In this document: piece by piece, positions 1-13,082 of the stretch
How the letters are laid out: every line of letters begins with the position of its first letter
How positions within the stretch are numbered: position 1 is the stretch's first letter
From: Octopus sinensis
Taxonomy: Eukaryota
NCBI RefSeq assembly: GCF_006345805.1
Contig: NC_043002.1
Span: 8,742,001 to 8,806,000, forward strand
Direction of reading: 5' to 3'
DNA: 64,000 nucleotides
Made by a program: the position numbers and the translations under genes
Notes under the pieces: model-generated
Told to the model about the DNA's origin: nothing
The model's input: the letters and a program-made list of their open reading frames with translations, nothing else
Databases searched by the model: none

Positions 1-147
1 GAAACTACATTTATTTCTAAATACAGATACTTACATGTAATAGAAATTTGCATTGAACAACCTCGGTAAATTTTATTTCATATTTAATATTTGCTTTAGT
101 AGTACAAACTGAAATTTTAGCCAGTTACATGAAACATGATCTTCTTA

Positions 148-188
<41 letters not shown>

Positions 189-373
189 GTAATCAAGAGA
201 GATAACTAGCCTTTTTGGAGTTATTTCCCTTTATGTGACATAGTGTTATAAGTGTGTTACTAGAAAAGTGGTTAGGATGTTATACTATAAATCAATGGGT
301 CAGTGATTCACAAATCTAAACTGGAGCTGCACAACACTCATTAAACTAAATATTCAATATTAAACTGAAGCAT

Positions 374-545
374 CCACTACACTCTCGGAGTGGTTGGCGT
401 TAGGAAGGGCATCCAGCTGTAGAAACTCTGCCAGATCAAGATTGGGGTCTGGTGCAGCCATCTGGTTTGCCAGCCCTCAGTCAAAATCGTCCAACCCATG
501 CTAGCATAGAAAGCGGACGTTAAACGATGATGATGAGGAGGATGA
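374..545 (+). mobile_element. RTE LINE 3'UTR fragment (5'-truncated) with (GAT)n tail
   Basis: Shares GTGGTTGGCGTTAGGAAGGGCATCCAGCTGTAGAAAC...CCATGCTAGCAT..CGGACGTTAAACGATGATGA with the copy at 10789-11381, which is contiguous with an RTE RT C-terminus. Confidence 0.8.
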
Positions 546-743
546 AAGTGGTCCAATACAAGGAGCAAGCATATTCAGTTTCTAATACATTGGGACAAGT
601 CAGTTATCAAAACCTCAGTTCTTTGTTGCTTCATCTTTTTCAATGCCTCTCCCAGAAGGACAAAGGGCAAAGTTGACCTCAACATGTAGCTTTAGAATGT
701 GATGTGATGTAACTAAATACTGCATGATATTTTGTCAATACCC

Positions 744-1637
744 TGTAGTGTAGCTGATATCCTCACTGTTTGAGAGATATATTAGAAATGATCTCACGTT
801 AGATAACAACCATCTTCGGCTATTTTGACCCTGTTGTGTCCACTGCTCTGATTGGTTAACATTGGCAGTTTGTCTCTTGACTTATTTCGCGCCAGTGTGT
901 AAGCCAACCAATAGAGTGACTCAATCATGTCCCAGCAACACCAGTCTTTCTGAGGAGCAACTCAACCATTGACCACACCACAACCAGACAACCAGTTCCC
1001 GTGACGACGCTAACATACACCAGCAACGCTCTCCATCTCCAGCAACACCAATACATACACAGCAACTCGCTCAGGTTTAGCTTTCTCGCTGTTGTGATTT
1101 TCACCAAGGTTAACAGCACAGCACTACCTGCAAGAATTCCTGTATCAAGAGACCTGGCACAGCATTGAAGCCACAACCACTACACGATATGTGTTCAACT
1201 GGCATTCTGCAGTTGTGACCCCCAACATCCTGTTACAGAACTATCACTATTGTGTAACCTTACTACGAACTGGTAAATTAACTCCATCTTGTCTAAATAT
1301 CCTGAGAGACTCTTTTCTATGCTCTGTATTTTATCTTACCCACATACACCTTTGTTTGTACCTCTGTCGCACACACGAACACACAGACACAAACACTTGT
1401 TGCATGCATACAGACACTCCACTTTGCTAGCACCCATACTTTATCTTATTGTACACATCTGTAAATAAAGTCTTTCTTCTCTCAAACAGTAGAACGGTTG
1501 TGTCATCCTTATTATTCCTTTTGGCACTTATTCATTTATATCATGTATTTGGCTTCTTCTTTTGTTAGGGCCTCCGTGCAGCGTTAAAAGGAGACATTAC
1601 TGTCACCAACTCCTTACATACAGTCGTTTTCCCTACA
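744..1637 (+). mobile_element. Solo LTR
   Basis: TGTAG...CTACA inverted termini, 4-bp TSD ACCC (740-743, 1638-1641), internal AATAAA near 1464; no internal coding region. Confidence 0.7.
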
Positions 1638-1997
1638 ACCCTATTATTGCTGCACATTTGCCATCTAGCTAGCATCTTATTGGATTACAAAAACTGATTT
1701 CACACTAGTTTATGGTGAAAGCAGCATAACATGAATCTAAGGCTCAATTCCAGTAAGGGGTTTCCTGTTATTTTAGTTAGCTGCATCATTGAATCTGGGC
1801 CCTGATTCTATGTACAACCTACATCTGTTAGGTAATGTGCAACAATTCATGCCAAACACAAACCACACACAAAGTTATGCAGAGTTCCAGAGTGACATAG
1901 AAGAAGGTTGCAACATCCAGTCACACTCATTAAATACATATTTTTTACAACTTTCTTTGACTTTTAATTTACAATTACAGTCTCTCAGCAGTGAAGT

Positions 1998-2490
1998 CAT
2001 CATCATCACCATTTAACGTCCGCTTTCCATGCTAGCATGGGTTGGACGTATGACTGAGGGCTGGTGAACGAGATGGCTGCACCAGGCTTCAATCTTGATC
2101 TGGCAGAGTTTCTACAGCTGGATGCCCTTCCTAACGCCAACCACTCCAAGAGTGTAGTGAGTGCTTTTTACGTGCCACTAGCACGGGGCCATCAGGCAGT
2201 ACTGGCAATGACTTCGCTCAAATCTTTTACACATGCCACCGGCACAGGTGCTTGTAAGGCAATGCTAGTCACGCTCAAATGGTGTCTTTTACGGACCACC
2301 AGCACGGAGGCCTGATAGCCGCTCTGGCAACAATCATGCTCGGATGGTGCTCTTAATAGCCTACTAGCACAGGGCTCGAGTGCCAGTAATGCGACACTGG
2401 TAACGATCACGCTCGAATGGTGCCTTTTAAGTGCCACTGGCACGAAAGCCAGTTAGCCGCTCTGTCAATGATCACACTCATATGATGCTC
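1998..2490 (-). mobile_element. RTE 3'UTR copy with multi-unit internal array
   Basis: (CAT)n tail at left, conserved 3' core, several GTGCCAC/GGTGC-containing units. Confidence 0.8.
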
Positions 2491-2653
2491 TAGCAGTAGA
2501 AAATTTTGTCAGTTGAGTATACTGAGGCAAGCAGAGATATATCTGAACCAGAGAGACAGTAAAATGGCTAGGATAAGTAATGTTTGAATTTATGCTCTTG
2601 TCAGTAGTTCAGTACCATAAGTTCTCAACCATTGTAATGAGTAGATTCATCAA

Positions 2654-3051
2654 ATGGAGGCGCAATGGCCCAGTAGTTAGGGCAGCAGCCCGCGGTCGGA
2701 GGATCGCAGTTTCGATTCCCAGACCGGGCGTTGTGTGTGTTTATTGAGCGAAAACACCTAAAGCTCCACGAGGCTCCGGCAGGGGGTGGTGGTGACCCCT
2801 GTTGTACTCTTTCACTCCAACTTTCTCTCGCTCTTTCTTCCTGTTTCTTGTCCCCGACTTCCTATGCAACTGCTGAGCCTGGATGTGCATTCATCTATCT
2901 GTTGATGCTCTCGGTGTCGGGGGTTGACCTGCTTTCTCTTCTGCGGGTCTTACGAATAGCAAAGGACTACGTTTTGGACTTCTCCTGAAGCGCGATCTTG
3001 CAAGCTCTGGGATGAAGACCGCTTCGCTCAACAAACAAACAAACAAACAAA
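2654..3051 (+). mobile_element. tRNA-derived SINE with (AAAC)n tail
   Basis: A-box-like TGGCCCAGTAGTTAGG and B-box-like GTTTCGATTCC; TSD AGATTCATCAA (2643-2653, 3054-3064); second copy at 30245-30643. Confidence 0.85.
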
Positions 3052-3489
3052 GCAGATTCATCAACACCATCATTACCATAATTTAAAATTTGTTTCCCCA
3101 TACTGGCATAGGTCGAACAGTTTGATAGGAGCTGGCAAGTCAGAAGTCTATAACAAGCTCTACTGTCTGCTTTGGCATGAGTTCTATAGCTGGATGCTCT
3201 TCCTAATGCCAATCACTTTACAGAGAGGCTTGGGTACTTTTTATGTGGCACCAGTAGAGATGAGGCCCCAAATACAAGAAAGGTGCCTGATGAGTGGTTA
3301 GAGTATGAGCAGAGAAACAGAAATTAGTGTATGGCAATAAAGGAGATAGTTGGCTAAATTAGTAGGAGAGGGAGAAGAGAGAGCAAGAGGGAAGAGAGGG
3401 AAGAGAGAGCGAGAGATAGATTTTAGATAGAGAGATAGAATGAGAGAGAGAGAGAGAGTGATGATGGTGAAAATCTGTTTCTCTAACCA

Positions 3490-3650
3490 CTCACCAGGTT
3501 CCACAGGTTCCCTCAACCGCTAGGGATTGGCACTTTTTCACACACCTATCTTCATCCATTCTCGCCACATGACCATACACATACAATCGTCTCTCTTGCA
3601 CACCACAGATGATGCTTCTTAGATCCAACTGTGGTGTGCAAGAGGGACGA
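3490..3650 (-). mobile_element. RTE LINE RT C-terminal fragment
   Basis: Translates to GVQERRLYVYGHVARMDEDRCVKK, the RTE 'RRLxWxGHVxRM' motif. Confidence 0.7.
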
Positions 3651-3689
3651 TTGTATGTGTATGATATATATGTATGTGTATATATACAC

Positions 3690-3723
<34 letters not shown>

Positions 3724-3859
3724 ATATAATATATATATATACCGGAGTAAACACATAAATGTGAAACAAGGTGGAAAAAGAGAGTACTCAAATACCAGGA
3801 GTAGAGTAATATGCTTTATTTAAAAGCAGCAGAAATTCAACAATATATATATAGACATT

Positions 3860-4240
3860 TATTTATTTATTGCCCACAGGGCTAAACATAGAGGGCACAG
3901 ACAAATGGATTAAGTCGATTATATCAACCCCAGTGTGTGACTGGTACTTATTTAATCAACCCCGAAAGGATGAAAGGCAAAGTCAACCTCGGCGGAATTT
4001 GAACTCGGAATGTAATGACAGACGAAATACCTATTTCTTTACTACCCACAGAGAGGACAAACAAGGACAGACAAACAGATTAAGTCGATTGTATCAACCC
4101 CAGTGCATAACTGGTACTTAATTTATCGACCCCGAAAGGATGAAAGGCAAAGTCGACCTCAGCGGAATTTGAACTCAGAACGTAGCGGCAGATGAACTAC
4201 GGCTACGCATTTCACCTGGCATGCTCACGTTTCTGCCAGT
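3860..4240 (-). mobile_element. Meta-domain tRNA SINE, tandem dimer
   Basis: Two tandem copies of GAAAGGATGAAAGGCAAAGTCGACCTC (reverse complement of the Meta-like core GAGGTCGACTTTGCCTTTCATCC). Confidence 0.75.
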
Positions 4241-4635
4241 TTAGCATCCACTTTCCATGCTGGCACGGGTTGGATGGTTTGACTGAGGGCTGGCAAGCCA
4301 GAAGGCTGTACTAGGCTACAGTCAAATCCAGCAAACTTTCTACAGCTGGATGCCCTTCCTAATGCCAACCACTCCAAGAGTGTAGTGGGTGCTTTTTACG
4401 TGCCACCGGCATGAGAGCCAGTCAAGTGGTTCTGGCATCAACCATGCTTGAATGGTGCTTTTTATGTGCTACTTGGCATGAGAGCCAGTCAGGTGGCACT
4501 GGTGATAACTATGCGCCAATGGTGCTTTTTGTGTGCCACCAGCACAGGAGCCAGTCAGGCGGCACTGACAATGATCATGCTCAAATGGTGCTTTTAATGT
4601 TCCACTGGCATGGGTGCCAATCAGGCAGTACTGTC
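4240..4635 (-). mobile_element. RTE 3'UTR copy with array
   Basis: Conserved core plus ~4 array units. Confidence 0.75.
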
Positions 4636-4721
4636 ATGTGTGTGTGTGTGTGTGTGTGTATGCATGTATGTATGTATATGTATGCATGCATGTATGTATT
4701 GCATGTATACATGTATATATG

Positions 4722-5010
4722 AGGACACATGGCCTAATGGTTAGGGTGTTGCACAAACTATTGTGTGATCATGGTTTCAATACCTAGGCTGGGTGGTGCA
4801 TTGTGTCGTTGAGCAAAACATTTCATCTCATGTTGCTCTATGCTACCCCTCAGTACCTGATGCATGGCACACAGTGCCACCATTCATACAACATCGTTTT
4901 GATGGTAAGAGTGAGCTAACGTGTGGCACGAACATTTGATCACTATAAACAAATCATTTGTGCAGGTCAGGCGGCAAAAGTTGAACATTCATACATCATC
5001 TTCGATGGGA
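4722..5010 (+). mobile_element. Decayed tRNA-derived SINE
   Basis: GGACACATGGCCTAATGGTTAGGG...GGTTTCAATACC head resembling the SINEs at 2654 and 32177. Confidence 0.55.
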
Positions 5011-5034
5011 AAGTCCATCATGTGTATATATATA

Positions 5035-5303
5035 TATAGGGAGAGTTTAGGAAAAAAACAAAAGACGAAGAGAGGTGGCATACAAAACAAACGGATGTAT
5101 TAGTATAACGCTCAGGAATAGAAAAAGTATTTTACGTTTCAAGCCTACGCTTTTCTACAGAAAGGGACACAGAAAAAGCAAGGAGAGAAACAAGGCTTGA
5201 AACGTAAAAGACTTTTTCTATTCCTGAGCGTTATACTAATACATCTGTTTGTTTTGTACACCACCTGTCTTCGTCTTTTGTTTTTTTAGTAAACTCTTCC
5301 TAT
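5035..5303. mobile_element. Penelope-type terminal repeat fragments in inverted arrangement, carrying a variant hammerhead
   Basis: ~5035-5145 is the reverse complement of ~5193-5303; same family at 50620-50833 and 56178-56385. Confidence 0.6.
5128..5165 (-). ncRNA. Minimal type I hammerhead-like motif, CUGUAGA core variant
   Basis: Minus strand CCTTT-CTGTAGA-A-AAGC-GTAG-GCTT-GAAAC-GTA-AAATA. Confidence 0.45.
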
Positions 5304-5554
5304 ACATATCACACGATCACGTGGTCTCACACGTTGATCCTGTCTTTTCTTACCACACATGAACTTCTCCACTGGATTTTCTATCTACCCTTTATGGATT
5401 CTCGTTTGGACATTTACCCTCCGGCTGCACCTCTCCTACCTTCAATGTTGTTGCAGGCAAATTGGAAAGCATAAAGAACTGAAAGAAATTCAACAAGACA
5501 CATTGTTCAAACATTAATATTTCTGCTTATCCCTATATATACATACATACTTAC

Positions 5555-6108
5555 ATCATCATCGTTTAACATTTGCTTTCCATGCTAGCATGGGTTGGAC
5601 AGTTTGACTGAGGGCTAGCGAACCAGATGGCTGCACCAGGCTTCAATCTTGATCTAGCAGTGTTTCTACAGCTGGATGCCCTTCCTAACGCCAACCACTC
5701 TGAGAGTGTAGTGGGTGCTTTTACGTGCCACCGGCACGGGGGCCAGTCAAGCGGTACTGGCAACGACCTCACTCAAATCTTTTTACAGATGCCACTGGCA
5801 CAGATGCCACTGGCACAGGTGCCAGCAAGGCGATGCTGGTAACGATCACGCTCGAATGGTGCCTCTTACATGCCACCGGTACGGAAGCCAGTTAGCCGCT
5901 CTGGCAACGATCATGTTCAGATGGTGCTCTTAGCACCCTACTAGCACAGGGCGCATATCATCATCAATATCGTTTAACGTCCGCTTTCCATGCTAGCATG
6001 GGTTGGATGGTTCAACTGGGGTCTGGGAAGCCAGGAGGCTGCACCAGGCCCAGTCTGATCTGGCAGTGTTTCTACAGCTGGATGCCCTTCCTAACGCCAA
6101 CCACTCCG
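5555..6108 (-). mobile_element. Two adjacent RTE 3'UTR copies
   Basis: (CAT)n tails at ~5555 and ~5957, each followed by the conserved core. Confidence 0.8.
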
Positions 6109-6162
6109 TATATATAAATATACATACATACACATACACACGCACATGTGCACACACACATG

Positions 6163-6330
6163 CAGGTACAGGCATGGCTGTGTGGTAAGAATTTTGCTTC
6201 CTAACCAAATGGTTCCAGGTTCAGTTCCATTACATGACACCGAGCAAGTAACTTTTACTATACTCCTGGGCTAACCAAAACCCTGTGAGTGGATTTAGTA
6301 GACAGAAACTGAAAGAAACCTGTCGTGTGT
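6163..6330 (+). mobile_element. CORE-type tRNA SINE, 5' half
   Basis: GGCTGTGTGGTAAG...GGTTCAGTTCC...GTGAGTGGATTTAGTAGACAGAAACTGAAAGAA as in 23197-23575. Confidence 0.65.
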
Positions 6331-6661
6331 GTGTGTGTGCATGATACTTATTAACAGATGCTACCATCATGCATGCAGTGTCATTCATTTCCAATCTTCC
6401 ATGAAAACATGTCAGTTCATGGGGGAATATTACATTATTTAAGAACAGGTGTGAGTTGGTGATAACAAGGGCATCTGAAATAGAAAATCCACATCAATAA
6501 ATTCTGCCCAACAAGCATGGAAAAGTGGATTTGAAAACAATGATGATACACACAAACATATTACAGCACTATTTCAAAACAAAGCAAATGTAAAATTGGT
6601 CGAAACCAAATTTGAAAATATTTAATTTTTCATGATCAACATGTTTTGCATCTACTATCAG

Positions 6662-6990
6662 ATCATCATCATCATCATCGTTTAAGGTCCGCTTTCCATG
6701 CTAGCATGGATTGGCCGTATGACTGAGGGCTGCTGAACCAGATGGCTGCACCAGGCTTCAGTCTTGATCCGGCAGAGTTTCTACAGCTGGATGCCCTTCC
6801 TAACACAAACCACTCCGAGAGTGTAGTGGGTGCTTTTTACGTGCCACTGGCACAGGGCCAGTCAGGCAGTACTGGCAACAACCTCGCTCGAATCTTTTAC
6901 ATATGCCAACGGCACAGGTGCCAGTAACGCGATGCTGGTAACGATCAAATCGAATGGTGCCTTTTATGTGCCACCGGCACGGAGGCCAGA
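6662..6990 (-). mobile_element. RTE 3'UTR copy
   Basis: Conserved core and (CAT)n tail. Confidence 0.8.
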
Positions 6991-7064
6991 TAACCCAAAT
7001 GCTATTGGAAAATAAATAAAAGTCAAATTAAATTTAAATGAAAAATAAAGATTTTACTTTCATT

Positions 7065-7323
7065 TTACGTGCCGGTAGCACATAAAAAGCACCATCTGTC
7101 CGTGGCCGTTTGCCAGCTCCGTCTGGCACCTGTGCGGGTGGCACGTAAAAAGCACCCACTACACTCACAGAGTGGTTGGCGTTAGGAAGGGCACCCAGCT
7201 GTAGAAACACTGCCAGATCAGACTGGAGCCTGGTGCAGCCTTCGGGCTTCCCAGACCCCAGTTGAACCGTCCAACCCATGCTAGCACAGAAAGCGGACGC
7301 TAAATGATGATGATGATGATGAT
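7065..7323 (+). mobile_element. RTE 3'UTR copy
   Basis: Conserved core and (GAT)n tail. Confidence 0.8.
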
Positions 7324-8064
7324 TTACTATTTTCTTGATTGTTTTATTTATATTTTCTGTTGAGGAAATTTATACGTAAAACTCGAAAACAATATTTCCA
7401 TTCTGAATTACCTTTCTGTGTCTGGAAGTACAACGCATGACAGACCCATTAAATCCATTCCAATATAAACATTATTGATGATGATGATGATGCCACAGTA
7501 ATAACCAGTTTATGAATTTATCAATATTGTTGAAATCATTGCAAACAATGGTTGTTTAAAAACCAAAAAAAAAATTCACATACACATACAAATATCAGCC
7601 ATAAAATTAAATGCATGTAAAATTTATAGTTTCAGCCTAGAAACAAAACAACACATTGAAAATATTTTGCAAAATACAGCATCAGAATCTTGATTTCTTG
7701 TATTTTATTTACGTAATTAATCAGTTTGCAAACATCGTTATATGCTGGACTGAGGTTTAGCATAAAAATCAATTTCAGAAAATGATAGGCGTCTAGAAAA
7801 ATATTGAAATTCTTGTAGCAAAATATCCTAATTAAACTAATATAAATGTAATCTCTTAAACATTTACAACATAAGTTGTTTTTTTTTCTCATTTTCACTG
7901 AATGAGAAATCACCCAAAGTTTGTTTTGTTAAAATACACTCATAAAACAGAGTATTATTTCCAAACTATTTACGGCTCAGACACAAAAATCATTTTTACA
8001 AACATTAAAACTAAAAGAAGCTTTAACTGTTTTTATTTGTAATTAAAGAAATAGACATGAAAGC

Positions 8065-8515
8065 ATCGGTGACTGGCATCCGTTGTTAGTGGAGCGCTAA
8101 GAGTACCATATGAGTGAGATCATTGCCAGAGCAACAAGCTGGCCTTTGTGTCAATGGTACGTTAAACACACCATTCAAGCATGATCGTTACCACATCACC
8201 TTACTAGCACTTGTGCTGGTGGCACGTGAAACATTCGAGCAAGGTCGTCGCCAGTGCCGCTGGACTGGCTCCTGTGCAGGTGGCACGTAAAAAGCACCAT
8301 TTGGGCGTGGCTGTTGCCAGTACAACCAAACTGGCCCTCGTGCCGGTGGCACGTAAAAGCACCCACTACACTCTCAGAGTGGTTGGCGTTAGGAAGGGCA
8401 TCCAGCTGTAGAAACTCTGCCAGATCAGATTGGAGTCTGGTGCGCCAGACCTCAGTCAAATCTTCCAACCCATGCTAGCATGGAAAGTGGACGTTAAGTG
8501 ATGATGACGACGATA
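8065..8515 (+). mobile_element. RTE 3'UTR copy with array
   Basis: Array units, core and tail. Confidence 0.8.
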
Positions 8516-8875
8516 TATCAAAGCATGAGTTTTCTTGTATTGCTAAAGCACTACTTGGTAACAGTATAAACACACAACATAAGGTTTGCCTAAACCAATA
8601 AGTACATACACCTTCAAATACCAATGCTTGCCTGGTGTCATAAGGAAAGCAGAATTTTCTGGTAAATTGGCAGTAATTTGCAATTGTATTCATCTGTAGT
8701 GATAAACAAGGCAACGGTACAAAAGATACTAAATGCCTTGTTACAATTTATTTACACCATTTACAATAGGGATTTGCAAGATGCTGCAAGTGAAGAAGAA
8801 TTTACTAATGAAGAACTGACCTGATCAAGAAATATGAAGAATGAAATAGCAAGTAACAATAGCAACATATGTGAA

Positions 8876-9440
8876 TCTTTATTGCCCACAAGGGGCTAAA
8901 CATTGAGGGGACAAACAAGGACAGACAGACGGATTAAGTCGATTACATCGACCCCAGTGTGTAACTGGTACTTAATTAATTGACCTCGAAAGGATGAAAG
9001 GCAAAGTCGACCTTGGTGGAATTTGAACTCAGAACGTAACGGCAGATGAAATACCTATTTCTTTACTACCCACAAGGGGCTAAACATAGAGGGGACAAAC
9101 AAGGACAGACAAACGGATTAAGTCGATTACATCAACCCCAGTGCATAACTGGTACTTAATTTATCGACCCCGAAAGGATGAAAGGCAAAGTCGACCTCAG
9201 TGGAATTTGAACTCAGAACTTAACAGCAAGGGGTTAAACATAGAGGGGACAAACAAGGACAGACAAACGGATTAAGTCGATTACATCGACCCCAGTGCAT
9301 AACTGGTACTTAATTTATCGACCCTGAAAGGATGAAAGGCAAAGTCAACCTCGGCGGTATTTGAACTCAGAACGTTAGTGGCAAACGAAATATGGCTACG
9401 CATTTCGCTCGGCGTGCTAACGTTTCTGCCAGCTCGCCAC
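8876..9440 (-). mobile_element. Meta-domain SINE, tandem trimer
   Basis: Three tandem GGGGCTAAACATAGAGGGGACAAAC...GAATTTGAACTCAG units; only the last carries the tRNA-like head. Confidence 0.8.
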
Positions 9441-9725
9441 ACATGTGTGATGGAATGTCTAGCAATGGGGTACTGAGTAATATTAGGGCTGAATTGTTGA
9501 CCACATAATGCAACATCAAATCTAAAATAGATGTCATAGAAACAAGATTAAAACTACAGAAGTATGTCTGCATGCCTATAGTACAACAGTCTGTATGCCT
9601 CAATTTATTGAAACAAGTGTGTTTGTGCATGTGTATATATTCACATATCAACATTTATATATGTAAATACATGCACACAAATGCATCTCTCTCTCTCTCA
9701 CTCTCTTGATTATATATGCGTGTGA

Positions 9726-9783
<58 letters not shown>

Positions 9784-9855
9784 TAAATTAGAGATAAAAC
9801 CACTATTAAGCAACTCAAACAGTGATAGACATAAACCAATACATAAATAACAAAT

Positions 9856-9965
9856 AGATCTGACTGGGCCTGATGAAGCCTTCCAGCTTCACAGACCCCA
9901 GTTGAACCGTCCAACCCATGCTAGCACGGAGAACGGACGCTAAATGATGATGATGATGATGATGA
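9856..9965 (+). mobile_element. Short RTE 3' end
   Basis: CCAACCCATGCTAGCAC..GGACGCTAAA(TGA)n. Confidence 0.7.
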
Positions 9966-10098
9966 TATATATAAAATTGAGTTGCCTAATAGTGGTTTTA
10001 TCTCTAATTCATATTTTATATATTTATACTGTGAAATTTGATTTAATCCTAAATCTAATTTTTCCCTGTAAGTTTGGAGCCATACTCCCTAATATTAA

Positions 10099-10151
<53 letters not shown>

Positions 10152-10788
10152 ATGTTGATATTACGTTAAACTGTCGTATGACCAAATTTGGCCAAATGCA
10201 TTTTTATTTCAATATTTAATTTTGCTTCCAACAGCCGGTTTTTTTAGTCAATCTATCATATCTCCAGCTGCTTCAGACGCCAAGATATAAAAATTGCCAA
10301 CGTGTAGTACAATGGTTTAGCATTTTTCGAAAGTATAGTAAATCTCACATACGACAGTTTTACAAAAATGTTTCTGACTGAAAATATCACACATGCATGG
10401 AGTTACGATTTTATGCACCCAACAAAGTACTATTTTAAAGCCGAAGCTGTTGCTAATGTAAACAGAAATGGAATGGTGGAACTATTTTTTCATTTTCTGG
10501 AAAAGCAACGTTTTGGACTTATGACACTTTTGTATAATAGCAACAATATATATAGATCAATATATATATACACACACACACACACATTATATACATATGT
10601 ATACACACAGATATATATACTAATATATGTATACACAATATATTTATATAGAAGGTAGAAAATATTTTAGTGGGGAAACACACGTGGTGGATATATATAG
10701 AAAGAGAAAAGATCTGTGTTTTTTCATCTTTTCTTTATAATATATATATGTATATATACAGGTAGATACATATACACCAATATATATA

Positions 10789-11381
10789 TCATCATCATCA
10801 TCGTTTAACGTTCGTTTTCCATGCTAGCATGGGTTGGATGGTTCAACCGAGGCCTGGGAAGCCAGGAGGCTGCACCAGGCTCCAGTCTGATCTGGCATTG
10901 TTTCTACAGCTGGATGCCCTTCCTAATGCCAACCACTCTGTGAGTGTAGTGGGTGCCATTCATGTGCCGCCGGCACAGGGGCCACAGGAGGTTGGCAATG
11001 TCCATGATCGGTTGGTGCTTTTTACATGCCACCGGCACAGACGCCAGTCAAGGCGGCACTGGCATCAGCCACTTTCGGATGGTACTTTTTACATGTCACC
11101 GGCATGGGTATCACAGCTACAATTTCTATTTGATTTTTATTTTGATGTTGATGTACTTGACTCAATAGGTCTCCTCAAGCACAGCAGGTCACCCTATGAT
11201 CCCAGGTGAGCACAGCAGGCCGTCCTGCAAGCTATGAACTCACTTCATTTGTCGTGTCTTCGCAGTCACAGCATATCTCCAGAGGTCTCGGTCTTTCGTC
11301 ATTGCCTCTGTGAGGCCCAACGTTCGAAGGTCATGCTTGACCACCTCATCCCATGTCTTCCTGGGTCTACTTCCACCCCGG
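10789..11381 (-). mobile_element. RTE LINE 3' end: RT C-terminus, full 3'UTR and (GAT)n tail
   Basis: GSRPRKTWDEVVKHDLRTLGLTEAMTKDRDLWRYAV* (RTE 'GRPxxxW..D.....DR..WR' motif) runs directly into the array-containing UTR. Confidence 0.85.
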
Positions 11382-11384
11382 ATT

Positions 11385-12140
11385 TCAAGTGGCACGGATG
11401 CTTCAAAAGCAAACGTATGTCCCTGGAAGATGATGTGTGATCTGGAAGACTTGCCACAAACATCATCCCTGGAAATGAGGAGAAAATTCATCAGCTTGTG
11501 CACAAGGATCGAAAGAGGACAATGCAAGCAATCCTAACATCTGAATTGAACATGTGGCACGTCTTTGCCTGGTTTGTCCAGCGTTTGCTAATCACTAAGT
11601 AGAAAGAACATCACGTCAAAGTCTGTCAAGACCTCAGTCAGTATGGCATGGATGGCCCATCCTTTATGTCAAGAATCATCACTGGCAATGAGAGTTGGGT
11701 CTATAGATATGACCCTGAGACAAAGCAGCAGTCATCACAATGGAACATTCAATGAAAGGGACCAGGTCTGTGGAGCATGAAGAATTGGATTCTTCACAAT
11801 GACAATGCACCCTATCACTGAGCTCCCCTCACTTGTAAGTTTCTTGCCAAAAACATGGGATTGCTTCCACAGCTGCCCTTTTTGCCAGATTTAGCACCCA
11901 AAATGAAAAGGTAGCTCAAATGTCACTGTTTTAACACCATTGTCAAGTTCCAGAGTGAATCACAGGTTTTCAACTCGATTACAGGAAAAGACTTCCACAC
12001 CAGATTCCAAAGGTGACAGGAATGCTGGAGCAGGTGTATTGTTGTGCAAAGGTGACTATTTCGAAGGAGATGATGTTAAAACTTAAGTAAATGAGTTATG
12101 TTTTTATCAAACATAACTAGTCAAAGACCTTTTTGATACC
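11385..12140 (+). mobile_element. Decayed mariner transposon
   Basis: Frame-broken IITGNESWVYRYDPETKQQSSQW, WILHNDNAP and PDLAP motifs; terminal CATAACTAGTC..TTTTGATACC shared with 37575-37886. Confidence 0.8.
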
Positions 12141-12369
12141 TATTTCTTTACTACCCACAAGGGGCTAAATACAGAGGGGATAAACAAGGACAGACAAAGA
12201 GATTAAGTCGATTACATCGACTCCAGTGCGTAACTGGTACTTATTTAATCGATCCTGAGAGGATGAAAGGCAAAGTCGACCTCAGCAGAATTTGAACTCA
12301 GAATGTAAAAACAGACGAAATATTGCGAAGCATTTCGCCTGGCGTGCTAACGTTTCTGCCAGCTCGCCA
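12141..12369 (-). mobile_element. Meta-domain SINE inserted in the mariner end
   Basis: Full element with TSD CCTTTTTGATACC on both sides. Confidence 0.85.
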
Positions 12370-12640
12370 CCTTTTTGATACCATAAGGTCAATATGAAAG
12401 ATCCAAATATTGTGAAGGACACCTTTTCAACTGATTTAGAATGCTAAAGTGAATATGCATATGCATGGAGAGAGGTTACAGAGCAAGAGTGTTTACTTGA
12501 TATGTGTAGAGGGTTGTCCTGGTGCTGTGAGAAGTATGTCACCTGCAATCTCATCTAGGTTGCATGTAAGTAATACATGTCGGTGAAATATGAAGGAATA
12601 TAAAAGGGTACTATAATCTGCATATGAGAATGTGCATATA

Positions 12641-12870
12641 TATTTCTTTACTAACAACAAGGGGCTAAACACAGACGGGACAAACAAGGACAGAAAACGG
12701 ATTAAGTCAATTACATCGACTCCAGTGCGTAACTGGTACTTAATTTATCAACCCTGAAAGGATGAAAGGCAAAGTTGACCTCGGCGGAGTTTGAACCCAG
12801 AACGTAATGGCAGACGAAATACAGCTATGCATTTCGCCCGGCGTGCTAACGGTTCTGCCAGCTCGCCGCC
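12641..12870 (-). mobile_element. Meta-domain SINE
   Basis: Same consensus; flanking TGTGCAT. Confidence 0.8.
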
Positions 12871-13082
12871 TTCTTTGTGCATGCATATGGTAGGAAGTAA
12901 CACTAAAGAAGTTATTCATGTAATATGGAATAATGTGCACAACATTGAAAAGACTGTGGAGTTTGCAATTAACTGCACCAGGGTTCCTCTTCCCCAGGGA
13001 ACCAGACTTAAGGTATACCTGTGGATGTAGGTCCAGCCTCTGCCTTGCCGGGTCCTGTCTCTGATCATGTTGCACCTCCAAG

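Noticed and set aside
2654-2730. tRNA gene-like sequence (also at 30245 and 32177)
   Set aside because: tRNA-derived SINE heads followed by SINE body, tail and TSD
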